DNA of 64,000 nucleotides from Candidatus Heimdallarchaeota archaeon (GCA_018238155.1 JABCTZ010000009.1:32001-96000); one strand, 5' to 3'. Positions 1 to 9,315 are shown, numbered from the stretch's first letter. Numbers and translations are program-made. Notes: a model not told the origin generated them from the sequence alone.

Positions 1-378
1 AATCTGGAACCAGGTGACTGGAAGAGAGATGAAATAATCGCTGATACAAAGAAAGGAATACTAATGTCCACAAATAAAAGCTGGAGTATTGACGATAAGC
101 GACTGAACTTCCAATTTGGAACAGAGATCGCCTGGGAAATAGTAAATGGTGAAATAGGTCAAATACTAAAGAATCCAACCTACACAGGTATTACACCTGA
201 ATTCTGGGGTGGAATGGATGCACATTCTAAGGATGACTGGAAATTGTTAGGTACACCTAACTGTGGAAAAGGACAGCCTGGTCAAGTGATGTATGTAGGT
301 CATGGATGTGGAACTGCTAGATTCAATAATATTAGAGTTGGAGTTATGCAAGATGATATGAAAACTGGAGTTCAATAA
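1..378 (+). CDS. tldD: TldD metalloprotease, C-terminal part (5' end outside window)
   Basis: Frame open from base 1 (NLEPGDW...EIIADTKKGI); motifs SWSIDDKRLNFQFG and CGKGQPGQ typical of the TldD C-terminus; pmbA partner lies downstream. Confidence 0.93.
   Translation, partial: NLEPGDWKRDEIIADTKKGILMSTNKSWSIDDKRLNFQFGTEIAWEIVNGEIGQILKNPTYTGITPEFWGGMDAHSKDDWKLLGTPNCGKGQPGQVMYVGHGCGTARFNNIRVGVMQDDMKTGVQ
366..378 (+). repeat. Left copy of 13-bp direct repeat TGGAGTTCAATAA (end of tldD)
   Basis: 12/13 identical to TGGCGTTCAATAA at 5627-5639; core GTTCAATAA identical. Confidence 0.6.
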
Positions 379-869
379 TTTTCATATCTATTTTTTCTTT
401 CGACAGAAATGCTTTCAGTTAGGTGTAGGGAGAAAAGATACTAAGCGAGCAGAAACTTTTGAAGGAGTCTCAGAGGTGATAAAAAGAGGATAGAAAAGTT
501 AGAGAGAAAATAAAATATTATTCTGTTGATATTATTGGAGAACACAAAGGTCAATTTCTATAAAAAACTAAAAGATATGAAAACAGAATAATTAAATAAA
601 AAAATAAGTATTAACTTCTCTTTACAAAGTTAATACAACACTCTTTATTCTCTAAATATCGTGTGAAACCTTATTCTCAATAACGGTCTCTCTTGAGTAG
701 TTGATAGATTTCGTAAACCTGGAAAGATGTGCGTCAATGACTAAAGAATCTCGTACTAACGGAGATTCTTGTTGAGCTAATGTCAATAGTCGTTCTGTAA
801 TAGTCTTGAAAGTAACAAGACCGAATCCAACACTTTTACATATGAGTAAGCGAACGTCATCATTATCCT

Positions 870-1259
870 CTTGACTTATATATTATACATAGAAAGGATT
901 CATTTCCACTCGAGATTTCTGCTGGTGAATTACAGAGAGCCTCTTTGGCTATCGTTACAAGTGACTTTCCTCAAATTGTTATTCTTGATGAACCAACAGC
1001 TAATTTAGATTCAGAACTTGCAGAAGAAGTAATGCAAGAAATTTATAATCTGCATTCTTCTAAAGACATTACTTTTCTAATTGCTACTCATGATATTAAT
1101 TTGATTAAAGATGGTTATAGAGTAATTGTTCTTGAAGATGGAAAAATTGAAACAGATCAAGAAATCTATGGTAAGTTTAATCCATCAGAACGAAGGGCTG
1201 TTCGGGGCGGTATTAGTCAATCTAGTCTAGCTTTGAAGAGAAAGGAAAGAAGAAAGTAA
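870..1259 (+). pseudogene. 5'-truncated ABC ATPase (LolD/MacB-like)
   Basis: Frame reads HRKDSFPLEISAGELQRA (signature), VILDEPTANLD (Walker B/D-loop), IATHD (H-switch); no Walker A, upstream in-frame TGA at 843. Confidence 0.8.
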
Positions 1260-2050
1260 GGAAAACAATCAAATAAAAAAATAATGGAATATATTTTCTA
1301 TTCTACATATCATCATTTAGAGTAGTCAATCGAAGGATTTCTCCACATCTTAGATTAGCAGAATGAAGAATGATAATATCACGATTTACATAGATGAACT
1401 TATTGAATTGTCCGCGTTTGTACAGATACATATGATTTTCTGTAATTCTCGAATTTCATAACGTAAGAATAGCGCTTTCTTTTTTCGGTCTTCCTCTGTT
1501 TCTCTCCAAGGAGGTTGATAGGAACCATAGGACATAAGTGGATCACACTTGAGATATAGATCCATTTCATTAAATTGGCTAGCTGAAAGAGATACAAGAA
1601 AGTATTCATTTAGAGTTTTAAATAGCTAAATACCTATTATTCTATTGAAGAATTGTATATTCTTTAAATCCCATAAACCTCTCTCCCCATAAAATAAGCT
1701 CCTTTTTTCTGAGACGGAGGCTCTGCTCTCATCCAGTTTAAAATGCTCAAATCAATGTGTAATTTGCCTATTTGAGAACTAAATAACATACTTTTACTTC
1801 GTTAGTTAAATCTCAAAGATTAATTAAAAAAGAAAAAAAATAATTTTGTAGAATCACGACCCTCGCTTCTTCTTGAAGGACAAGAAGTCCAGTTAGGTAA
1901 AGACATATGGTGAAGTGCAAAAAGAAACAAAATTGGATAATTTCATAACTTGAAAAAATATTTAATATGGGTTGTTTATGAATAGATTTAGTGTATTAGC
2001 TATTTTATCTAGTTAGAAGTAGCTAATTATCAGGATAAATACTTTAAAAC

Positions 2051-3019
2051 TTGGGGATTATGATAATGAACAAGAAAGTAGTATACACAATTCTATTTAT
2101 TATCCTAATATCTGGTCTACTTTTTGGTTACCCAACATATTTTCTAATCTATAATTCTTCGATAGATATCAAACATGAAACCAGTCAATGGGCTATCGTT
2201 GAGGATGATGATGGAAATCAGTTAGCAGTCGATGTAAATAACAGCAGTGTTTGGTATAATTTGAGAGAATCTTATAATAAGAGAAGTGATGATTCTAATA
2301 TATTTATTATTGGATTAGTAATATCCTATACCAACTCTTGGCATTTTAGATTTGATCCTTCGACTATTTCTTATGGTATAGGTAATATTTCTCCAGAAAA
2401 GTACTATTCAATCAATGAAACTTCTAAAAATTTAGACGCCTTTTTATCTGAATGGATAGCAATTAAAGTAAAATCAATGAACTTTTTTAACTATAAATAT
2501 GTAGGCATTATTGAATTGATAATAAATCTAACTTTGTTAATTGCCACTCTTTTATTATCAAGTTTTTACTTATTATCAAAAAGAGAGAGAGGAATAATTG
2601 ATAATATAAAAGAAGCATTAGTACTTGTAAAGGATAGTCCTGAAGGAATTTCTTTTACACTTCTTTCACAGAAAGTAGCTGTAAATCAAAAACGACTAGT
2701 ACGCCTGATAAATTCGAGAAATCTGCAAGATGAACTAGGGTTACTAATTACCAATGATCGCATCCAATTCAAAGATTCGTTTTATTCAATAAGAGTCTGT
2801 CAGATCGAAGAACAACTGAATACTATCCTTCAGTTATCGCATAATCAAATAACGCAAGAACACTATAGTAAACTCTTTCAGTTTGAAACAGAACTAAAGA
2901 AAGCGTTGTTGTTCTTTTCGAAAAAATCTTCCAATAGTGAGAAAAAAATGGAAATTGAAGCGAAAATTGTAATGACAACCAACTTGTTAGATAGTATAAC
3001 ACTAGATGATTTTAAATAA
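2051..3019 (+). CDS. Membrane protein: TM, external domain (BP74-like), TM, cytoplasmic winged-helix-like/helical tail
   Basis: 322-aa ORF with two hydrophobic segments; WHFRFDPSTISY motif; GISFTLLSQKVAVNQKRLVRLI resembles a helix-turn-helix. Confidence 0.6.
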   Translation: MGIMIMNKKVVYTILFIILISGLLFGYPTYFLIYNSSIDIKHETSQWAIVEDDDGNQLAVDVNNSSVWYNLRESYNKRSDDSNIFIIGLVISYTNSWHFRFDPSTISYGIGNISPEKYYSINETSKNLDAFLSEWIAIKVKSMNFFNYKYVGIIELIINLTLLIATLLLSSFYLLSKRERGIIDNIKEALVLVKDSPEGISFTLLSQKVAVNQKRLVRLINSRNLQDELGLLITNDRIQFKDSFYSIRVCQIEEQLNTILQLSHNQITQEHYSKLFQFETELKKALLFFSKKSSNSEKKMEIEAKIVMTTNLLDSITLDDFK

Positions 3020-3138
3020 AAAAACTGAAAAGCTCAATAGAACTATGGGAAAAATTTAAAAAACCAGCAAGATAGACATTAGTTTCATTTCCTTTATTTA
3101 GAGAGAGGAATGAAATGAAAAAATAGGTGAAAAGATAG

Positions 3139-4245
3139 ATGAAAAAAGGACTTTTATTAAAATTTCTATTGTTATTTATTGGTCTAAGTCTATTATTGAT
3201 GCCAATATCAAACGCTCTGGGTTTTGACTTTATTCCAGATCCCGATCCTCCTCCAGCGGATACACAACCTCCAACTGTAGATATTACCAGTCATTCTAAT
3301 GGTGCAATAATATCAGGTGAATTTACTGTTAAAGCAAATGCAAATGATAATGTTGCCGTAACAAGAGTGTCTTTTGCTTTAGGCACTATTAATCTCGGCT
3401 ATGATACTGATGTTCAATATGAAAAATCATATGATATTATGAATGCTGACTTTTCGCTCCAAGATGGAAACTACCTTCTAATAGCTATTGCGTTTGATGC
3501 TGCTGGTAATTATGCAGTTGATGAAGTTACTGTTCAAGTGCAAAATGGTCAAGAATTTCTGGCATTAGTTGTTGGTGGAGAAACAGAAGAGAGATTTACA
3601 AGAAATGCATTTGGTTTCTATAACACATTAATTGATCATTATAGTTTCGAAGCAGAAAATATTTACCTACTTACTACCAGAACCACTATAGATGGAAATA
3701 CCGTTCCCAGAGATAGAGCAACAAGTAGTGCAAATGTCCAATGGGCTACCAACCAACTAGAAACGGCAGACCTAAATGACCAAGTAATTATATATTGGAC
3801 GGGTCATGGAGGTACTGACATTATTTCTGCAGATGGTGATTTAATCTCAGCATCTAGTTTCAGCTCTTATCTAGATGATATTGATTGTGGGAAGATGTTC
3901 ATCTTTTTAGGTCCTTGTCATTCTGGTTCGTTTATCGATGATCTTAATGATAAACAAAATAGAGCAATATATACTTCTTGTAGTACAAATCAAAGTGGTT
4001 GGGGGAATGGCACACATTCATTCTATCCATGGCTAATATACAAAGGACTAGATTCAGATATGGATGCTGATGATGCAGATACTAACAATAACAACAAAGT
4101 TTCACTATTTGAATTATTCAACTATTGTGTGGACTATATTAATACATTGGAAAGTCAATATAACTTCACGCAAGATCCTCAGAGATGGGTAGGTACTGAA
4201 ATCGGTAATGATGCAAATGCCTATATTGGAGATGAAATTTTTTAG
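3139..4245 (+). CDS. Secreted Ig-like domain + clan CD (C13 legumain/caspase-like) cysteine peptidase
   Basis: Signal peptide; DTQPPTV...DNVAVTRV...AFDAAGN Ig-like domain; catalytic WTGHGG and GPCHSG; DTNNNNKVSLFE motif; GGTGA RBS upstream. Confidence 0.85.
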   Translation: MKKGLLLKFLLLFIGLSLLLMPISNALGFDFIPDPDPPPADTQPPTVDITSHSNGAIISGEFTVKANANDNVAVTRVSFALGTINLGYDTDVQYEKSYDIMNADFSLQDGNYLLIAIAFDAAGNYAVDEVTVQVQNGQEFLALVVGGETEERFTRNAFGFYNTLIDHYSFEAENIYLLTTRTTIDGNTVPRDRATSSANVQWATNQLETADLNDQVIIYWTGHGGTDIISADGDLISASSFSSYLDDIDCGKMFIFLGPCHSGSFIDDLNDKQNRAIYTSCSTNQSGWGNGTHSFYPWLIYKGLDSDMDADDADTNNNNKVSLFELFNYCVDYINTLESQYNFTQDPQRWVGTEIGNDANAYIGDEIF

Positions 4246-4253
4246 ATTAAACT

Positions 4254-4292
4254 GAAGAAGGAACTATTAAATCCTTTTTCTGAATTTTTTTT
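4254..4292 (+). terminator. Hairpin plus T-tract after the peptidase gene
   Basis: GAAGAAGGA...TCCTTTTTC stem followed by T8. Confidence 0.4.
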
Positions 4293-4310
4293 CACTAAAA
4301 ACTCATTAAA

Positions 4311-4680
4311 TTGGGGCATAAACAGGGAAAAAAGAAACAAAGAAGTATGAAATATTCTAGTGATGAATTCAATAAAGAATATCATAAAATCCTTGGTGTA
4401 AAAGAAGAAGAATACTTCAATATAGGGTTACATTATACAATGTTGAGTAATTGTTTTTACTATGGAGTTATAGTATATTCTCTAAGTTTAGGATTATTTG
4501 TAACATTGGAGACCTTATTTTTTATCAATTTCTTTTTCGAAGAATATTTTACATTAATAATTGCCATTATTGTAGGAATGGGATTATTGGTGTGTGAAAT
4601 AATCAGTACAATAACTAAGAAAAGACATCAAGTAAAAACAAGTAATTCTTTCGAATACTGTGTAAGAAATAACTCAAGTG
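4311..4680 (+). pseudogene. Membrane-protein fragment fused in frame to a tnpB remnant
   Basis: Two TM segments, then abrupt change to TnpB-like sequence near 4680. Confidence 0.5.
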
Positions 4681-5623
4681 CTTATCACCTAAATCTTATA
4701 CGCAATGGCATAGTAGTAAGTGGGAAATTATACAAAGATACAAAAAACAAGCGATGGGTGTTCCTTCTAACTATTCGACGAGACCCACCTGCACTTTCCC
4801 AAGGGAAGAAGGTAGCAATTTTAGGTGTTGATTTAGGAATCAAAACGGAAGCATCTCTTGTAGCATTACTCGAAGATGAAGGACTAAAGAAAGAACAATT
4901 CCACTTCTTGAAAGAACCGATATTCAAGCGAGAAAAATACCGATTACGACAGTGAAGAAAAGCTTACAACGAAAACTTACTCAGAGTACTGGTAATCAAA
5001 GAGTTTTGATTTCCAGACAATTAAAGGATGTTCACTTAAAATACTCAAACCTTCTCAAAGAACATTATCACAAGATAAGTCGAAAGGTTGCAGATATTGC
5101 TCAAATTTATCTTAATGAGAACTACCGTGTTCATATCGCTATTGGCAAACTCAAAGGACTGAACCAAAGTGTTAGAAAAGGAGATGGGAAAGGAAAATTA
5201 TTCAGAGGTAAAATAAGTCAATTCCCCTACTATAAATTAACCGAATTGATAACCTATAAATGTTGAGAAATCGGTGTATCGAACATCTCGTTGGTTAAGG
5301 AGAATTGGACATCAAAAGTTTGTCACAAGTGTGATAGTAAGAATACTACAAGACCTTCACAAGCACAGTTCAAATGCTTGAATTGTAGGTTGGAATATAA
5401 TGCTGATGCAAATGGAGCTATCAATATAGCATTAAGATATTGGCAACAACACACAAAGGATGACAAACAAACTGTTAAGCTTATGTTCTTACATAAGAAA
5501 GGAAGTCAACAGTCAACGGCTGTTGACACTGGGAAAAAGATTATTCCCCACACGATGAATTTACTGGAGGCGGAAAGAATTATATCTTCTGCTTCAAATA
5601 AAGGTATAGGAAGTGTAAAATAA
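4681..5623 (+). pseudogene. tnpB: TnpB (IS200/IS605/IS607-type RNA-guided nuclease) pseudogene
   Basis: RuvC-I ILGVDLG (D at 4830); frameshift near 4952; HIAIGKLKG; in-frame TGA 5264-5266; VKENWTSKVCHKC...FKCLNC zinc finger; RuvC-III NADANGAINIA; N-terminus missing. Confidence 0.9.
5480..5597 (+). ncRNA. Candidate omegaRNA scaffold / element right end
   Basis: Four consecutive hairpins (5480-5497, 5505-5527, 5531-5548, 5567-5595) overlapping the tnpB 3' end and ending in TTCAA. Confidence 0.5.
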
Positions 5624-5625
5624 TC

Positions 5626-7002
5626 TTGGCGTTCAATAAGATTCTGTTAATTGAGAAAGCACAATTTGTGCTAAAGCAAGCAGAGAAATTTGGTGCTACT
5701 CAAACAGAAGTAACAATTACTTCTACAACTGGCGCATTAACTCGTTTAGCTAATAGTATCATTGACCAAAACGTTGCTGAACGTCATTTTCGAGTTAGCA
5801 CTATTGCTTATGTTGGAACCCAAAAAGGTTCTACAACAGTAGAAGTTTTTGATAATAAGTCAATTGCAAGTGCAGTTGAAACCGCAGTCAAGATAGCCAA
5901 AATTTCTCCAGAAAATAAACATTTCAAATCTTTACCTGAGAAACAAATCTATACAGATAAGGTTTCACTTGCTGATCTCGTTTCCAAAAATACTATTGAA
6001 GCTACACCTGAGCAACGAGCTGATTTTGCTAAGTTAGCTATTGATAGTGCTCATGCAATAGACAAACGCATTAGAGCTGTTGCTGGAGCAGTTTCACATA
6101 CAACTGCAGAACGTATTATCCTCAATAACCTTGGTTTGGAAGCTTATGATCGTGGCACATATGGTAACGTTAACATAACGGTCCTCGCAGAAGATGGTTC
6201 TGAAGAAACTGCTGGGTGGTCTTCTGATAATCGCAAAGATTTCTCCAAGCTCGATATTCAAACAGTAGCTGAAAAGGCTGCTCGAAAAGCTGTTGATGGT
6301 TTCGGGATGAAATATATTGATCCTGGTGAATATGAAATTGTTTTAGAACCTGCAGCAGCAGCTGGATTTCTCTTCTTTATCAATTACTTTGGTTTCAGTG
6401 CCCAGTCGTACCAAGATTACATCAGCTTTTTACGAGATAAAATCGGTACCAAAGTTTTCTCAGAGAAGTTGACCCTTTGGGATGATGCTTATGACCCTCG
6501 TTTGGAAAACCGTGAAATGTTTGATAGCGAAGGTGTTCCAAAGGCAAAATTGGAAATGATTAAAGATGGAGTGGTCAAGAACCTTACTTACGACACTTTA
6601 ACTGCTAGCAAAGATGGCGTTCAAAGCACAGGTCACAATGCTAAATTCTATGGTCGCTCATTACCTATTGCCCAACATTTGCTTGTAGGTGAAGGTGATT
6701 CCAATCTCGACGAGATGATCGCTGAAACAAAAAATGGTATTTTAGTTACTCACTTTCATTATCAAAATGCCGTCAATCCAACAAAAGGTGTTTTCACAGG
6801 TCTTACTCGAGATGGTGCTTGGTATATAAAAAATGGGGAAATTCAATTCCCACTTAAAACATTAAGATATACTGATGCTGCACCTCGTTTCTTAGCTGAG
6901 ATCGATTTAGTTGGTAAATATATGGATTTGAATGATGCAAGAGCCTTAGTTCCTCCCATGAAATTACCTTCATTCAAAATCTCCGGGTCAAGTAAAGAGT
7001 AA
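5626..7002 (+). CDS. pmbA: PmbA/TldE protein
   Basis: TRLANSIIDQN, PGEYEIVLEPAA, FDSEGVP, STGH and FTGLTRDG motifs; no HExxH, as expected for TldE. Confidence 0.93.
   Translation: MAFNKILLIEKAQFVLKQAEKFGATQTEVTITSTTGALTRLANSIIDQNVAERHFRVSTIAYVGTQKGSTTVEVFDNKSIASAVETAVKIAKISPENKHFKSLPEKQIYTDKVSLADLVSKNTIEATPEQRADFAKLAIDSAHAIDKRIRAVAGAVSHTTAERIILNNLGLEAYDRGTYGNVNITVLAEDGSEETAGWSSDNRKDFSKLDIQTVAEKAARKAVDGFGMKYIDPGEYEIVLEPAAAAGFLFFINYFGFSAQSYQDYISFLRDKIGTKVFSEKLTLWDDAYDPRLENREMFDSEGVPKAKLEMIKDGVVKNLTYDTLTASKDGVQSTGHNAKFYGRSLPIAQHLLVGEGDSNLDEMIAETKNGILVTHFHYQNAVNPTKGVFTGLTRDGAWYIKNGEIQFPLKTLRYTDAAPRFLAEIDLVGKYMDLNDARALVPPMKLPSFKISGSSKE
5627..5639 (+). repeat. Right copy of 13-bp direct repeat (start of pmbA)
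   Basis: TGGCGTTCAATAA versus 366-378. Confidence 0.6.
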
Positions 7003-7022
7003 TTATAGCACTAATTATTCTT

Positions 7023-8003
7023 TCAATCTTTTTTTCTTTCTAAATCAACTTCAAAAACTGCTAATGATTTTGGAATGTTTTCATCACATGTTATTTTTGA
7101 TAGTTCTAATGAAGAAATACCAACAACTAGTTCTCGAAATTCAGGTGCTGATTTCATATAGATATATCGTCCCTTGGGCAAATTTCTTGCATATTGTACG
7201 AATTCTTCATCTGAATGAAATTTGTCCTTAGGTCCATGAAAAAGTAATATTTCCTTGTTAATAGTGCTCAATTCCGCAGTAATATCGAACTTTAAATTAT
7301 GAATACCTGTTTTTCTCCATTTCCACACAGTGGCATTTCTAACGAAATCCAAGTAGCGTTCTTTTGCAAATTTGTTTTTCATTCTTGCTAAAACAATTTT
7401 TGCCAATAGTGGCTTTAATATCTTAACTACAAATGGTGGAAATAACCTAAAGATATAGGTTAATTTTTTCTGTGCTCGCCAATCCTTTATTGGATCATGA
7501 ATTGCGATAGTTGGTGCATCAAAATACTCTTTTAATAATCCTGTTAGAATGACTCCTCCGGAGAAGCTCGAACCATAGAGAACAAAATCTTTCTCTTTTA
7601 GTCCTAAATATTGAATTGCTTCTGCTAGATCTTTTGCCAGTTGATCGATGGACATGTTTGCCTTTCTTCTTTTGTGTGTTTTACAGGATGTTTTCTCTCG
7701 AGACTCAAGAATATAGTATTCACCCTTTTCATGCATTGGCACACTAAAATATCTCCACGACCAAGGTGAAGTGCCAAATCCTGGCAAAAATAATACTGGT
7801 CGTATACTCACTGGCTCTTTTGGTTTGTGATGAAAAACCCTTATCTCACCATTTTCAATTGGGATAAATATTATTTCACAAATTCCCTTCTCATAAAAAA
7901 AAGGTCCTTTTTGGTTATGTTCTATAATCAATTTCTCTATTTTTTCTTCTTGTTCTTTGCTCAGAGAAATATGCTCTGTAATTATTGAATCCATGCTTCC
8001 CAC
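7023..8003 (-). CDS. Alpha/beta hydrolase
   Basis: LFLPGFG oxyanion loop, GSSFSG nucleophile elbow, HGPKDKFH. Confidence 0.85.
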   Translation of the reverse strand: MGSMDSIITEHISLSKEQEEKIEKLIIEHNQKGPFFYEKGICEIIFIPIENGEIRVFHHKPKEPVSIRPVLFLPGFGTSPWSWRYFSVPMHEKGEYYILESREKTSCKTHKRRKANMSIDQLAKDLAEAIQYLGLKEKDFVLYGSSFSGGVILTGLLKEYFDAPTIAIHDPIKDWRAQKKLTYIFRLFPPFVVKILKPLLAKIVLARMKNKFAKERYLDFVRNATVWKWRKTGIHNLKFDITAELSTINKEILLFHGPKDKFHSDEEFVQYARNLPKGRYIYMKSAPEFRELVVGISSLELSKITCDENIPKSLAVFEVDLERKKD

Positions 8004-8095
8004 CCGGCTTTTGTTTGAATGATTGCTCTACTGTTTTTTCTCAACTATTTATTAAAGTTTATTGGATTTTACTTTCGATTAAGGTAATAGACTTC

Positions 8096-9277
8096 TTAGC
8101 TTTTCTTCGCCAATTCATCAGTTTTGGATTTTGGTTTCCAAAAATTCTTTTTATGCAGAAATTTACCAAGATATACTAGACCGAGCATAATAGGTACTTC
8201 CCAAAATAATCCCATAGTTGTTCCCAATGCTGCATAGGAACCAACACCATATAAACCAATGGCAGTGGCAATTGCAATTTCAAAATGACTTGAACTACCA
8301 ATTATTGTGGTAATAATAGCTTCACGATATTTTAATCTAAAGAGTTTTGTAACGAGAAGATTGAATCCTACAACTATTATGAATCCGATTAAGATTGGTG
8401 CAGAGACTATTAGTAGTTCTATTGGATTACTTATCATTGTTTGACCATTAATTGAAAATAGTACCACTAAAGTAAATAAAAGCGCTACCATGGAAATTTT
8501 CCCTACCACAGGACGATATTTATTTTCAAACCAATCTTTGCCCTTTATTTTTAGAATCAATTGTTTTGAAACAATGCCAAAAATTAGTGGGATACCAATG
8601 AATATTGATACTGTAATTAGTAACCAAACCCATGGAATCTCAATATTTTGAATACCCGTTAGTAATTTAACCATTGGAACATAAAGAAAAATCAACGTAA
8701 TCGTATTGATGCTTGTATTAATTACATTTTGTTCTTGATTTCCTTTTGCGAGAGAACCCCAAACTAAAACCATAGCAGTACAGGGACTAGAGCCAAGCAA
8801 AATAACCGCCACAATCAATTGAGGGTCAAAATTCCGCAAGAATAAATAACTCAAGCCCGTTGCAACTAAAGGTGCTAATATCCAATTTGAAATTAAAGTA
8901 AGCAATATTGGCAATGGATTTTTACCAAGTTTCTTAACCTCACTAAATTGAAGATTCAACAAAGCAGGGTACATCATAAAAAATAAACATATTCCTATTG
9001 GAATGTTAATATCTTGAACTTGCCAACTCTCAAGTGTGTTTCCAATTATTGGTACAAATTGGGATAATAGTATTCCAATACCCATACATACTGCTACCCA
9101 AAGTGCAAGATACTTTTCAAATATACCTAATTTATGTTCTTTATCGATTGAAATGCTACCCTCACTATCTGTTTTTCCATTTCCACGAAGTTGTTGATTA
9201 TCATTAAGATCTATAGATTCTTTTCGAATTGTAACTGGACTTTCAGATGTTTTGGGTTTCACTTTGAATTTCTCCAA
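8096..9277 (-). CDS. acr3: Acr3 arsenite efflux transporter
   Basis: FEKYLALWV, MMYP, SPCTAMVLVW, SSHFEIAIA and EVP motifs. Confidence 0.96.
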   Translation of the reverse strand: MEKFKVKPKTSESPVTIRKESIDLNDNQQLRGNGKTDSEGSISIDKEHKLGIFEKYLALWVAVCMGIGILLSQFVPIIGNTLESWQVQDINIPIGICLFFMMYPALLNLQFSEVKKLGKNPLPILLTLISNWILAPLVATGLSYLFLRNFDPQLIVAVILLGSSPCTAMVLVWGSLAKGNQEQNVINTSINTITLIFLYVPMVKLLTGIQNIEIPWVWLLITVSIFIGIPLIFGIVSKQLILKIKGKDWFENKYRPVVGKISMVALLFTLVVLFSINGQTMISNPIELLIVSAPILIGFIIVVGFNLLVTKLFRLKYREAIITTIIGSSSHFEIAIATAIGLYGVGSYAALGTTMGLFWEVPIMLGLVYLGKFLHKKNFWKPKSKTDELAKKS

Positions 9278-9295
9278 GATAGGAATAATGCTTCT

Positions 9296-9315
9296 ATATA
9301 AAAATATTTTTATAT
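9296..9315. promoter_or_regulatory. Palindromic back-to-back TATA boxes of the acr3/arsM divergent promoter
   Basis: ATATAAAAATATTTTTATAT is a perfect 20-bp palindrome giving TTTTTATAT on each strand. Confidence 0.65.

Larger units (their letters stand above)
379..5626. mobile_element. Putative degenerate insertion/cargo island splitting tldD-pmbA
   Basis: Normally adjacent partner genes separated; flanking direct repeat; contains gene fragments and tnpB relic; no integrase or TnpA seen. Confidence 0.55.

Noticed and set aside
1180-1220. GC-rich GGGGCGG...GTCAA as a second IS605-like right end
   Set aside because: Hairpin is weak and there is no adjacent tnpB sequence.
447-1730. Terminal inverted repeats at about 447-490 and 1690-1730 (GAGCAGA...GTCTCAGA)
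   Set aside because: Only two short matching blocks with different spacing; insufficient to call IS/MITE ends.
3139-4245. GPI-transamidase-like anchoring system linked to the glycan locus
   Set aside because: Gene is over 27 kb away inside a separate insertion and lacks a C-terminal TM; no linkage evidence.
5264-5266. In-frame TGA as selenocysteine or recoding
   Set aside because: It falls at a non-Cys position of TnpB in a gene that also has a frameshift and 5' deletion; TGA is an ordinary stop in other genes here; no SECIS recognised.
4681-5623. Cas12f/CRISPR system
   Set aside because: No repeat-spacer array and no cas1/cas2/cas4 in the window.
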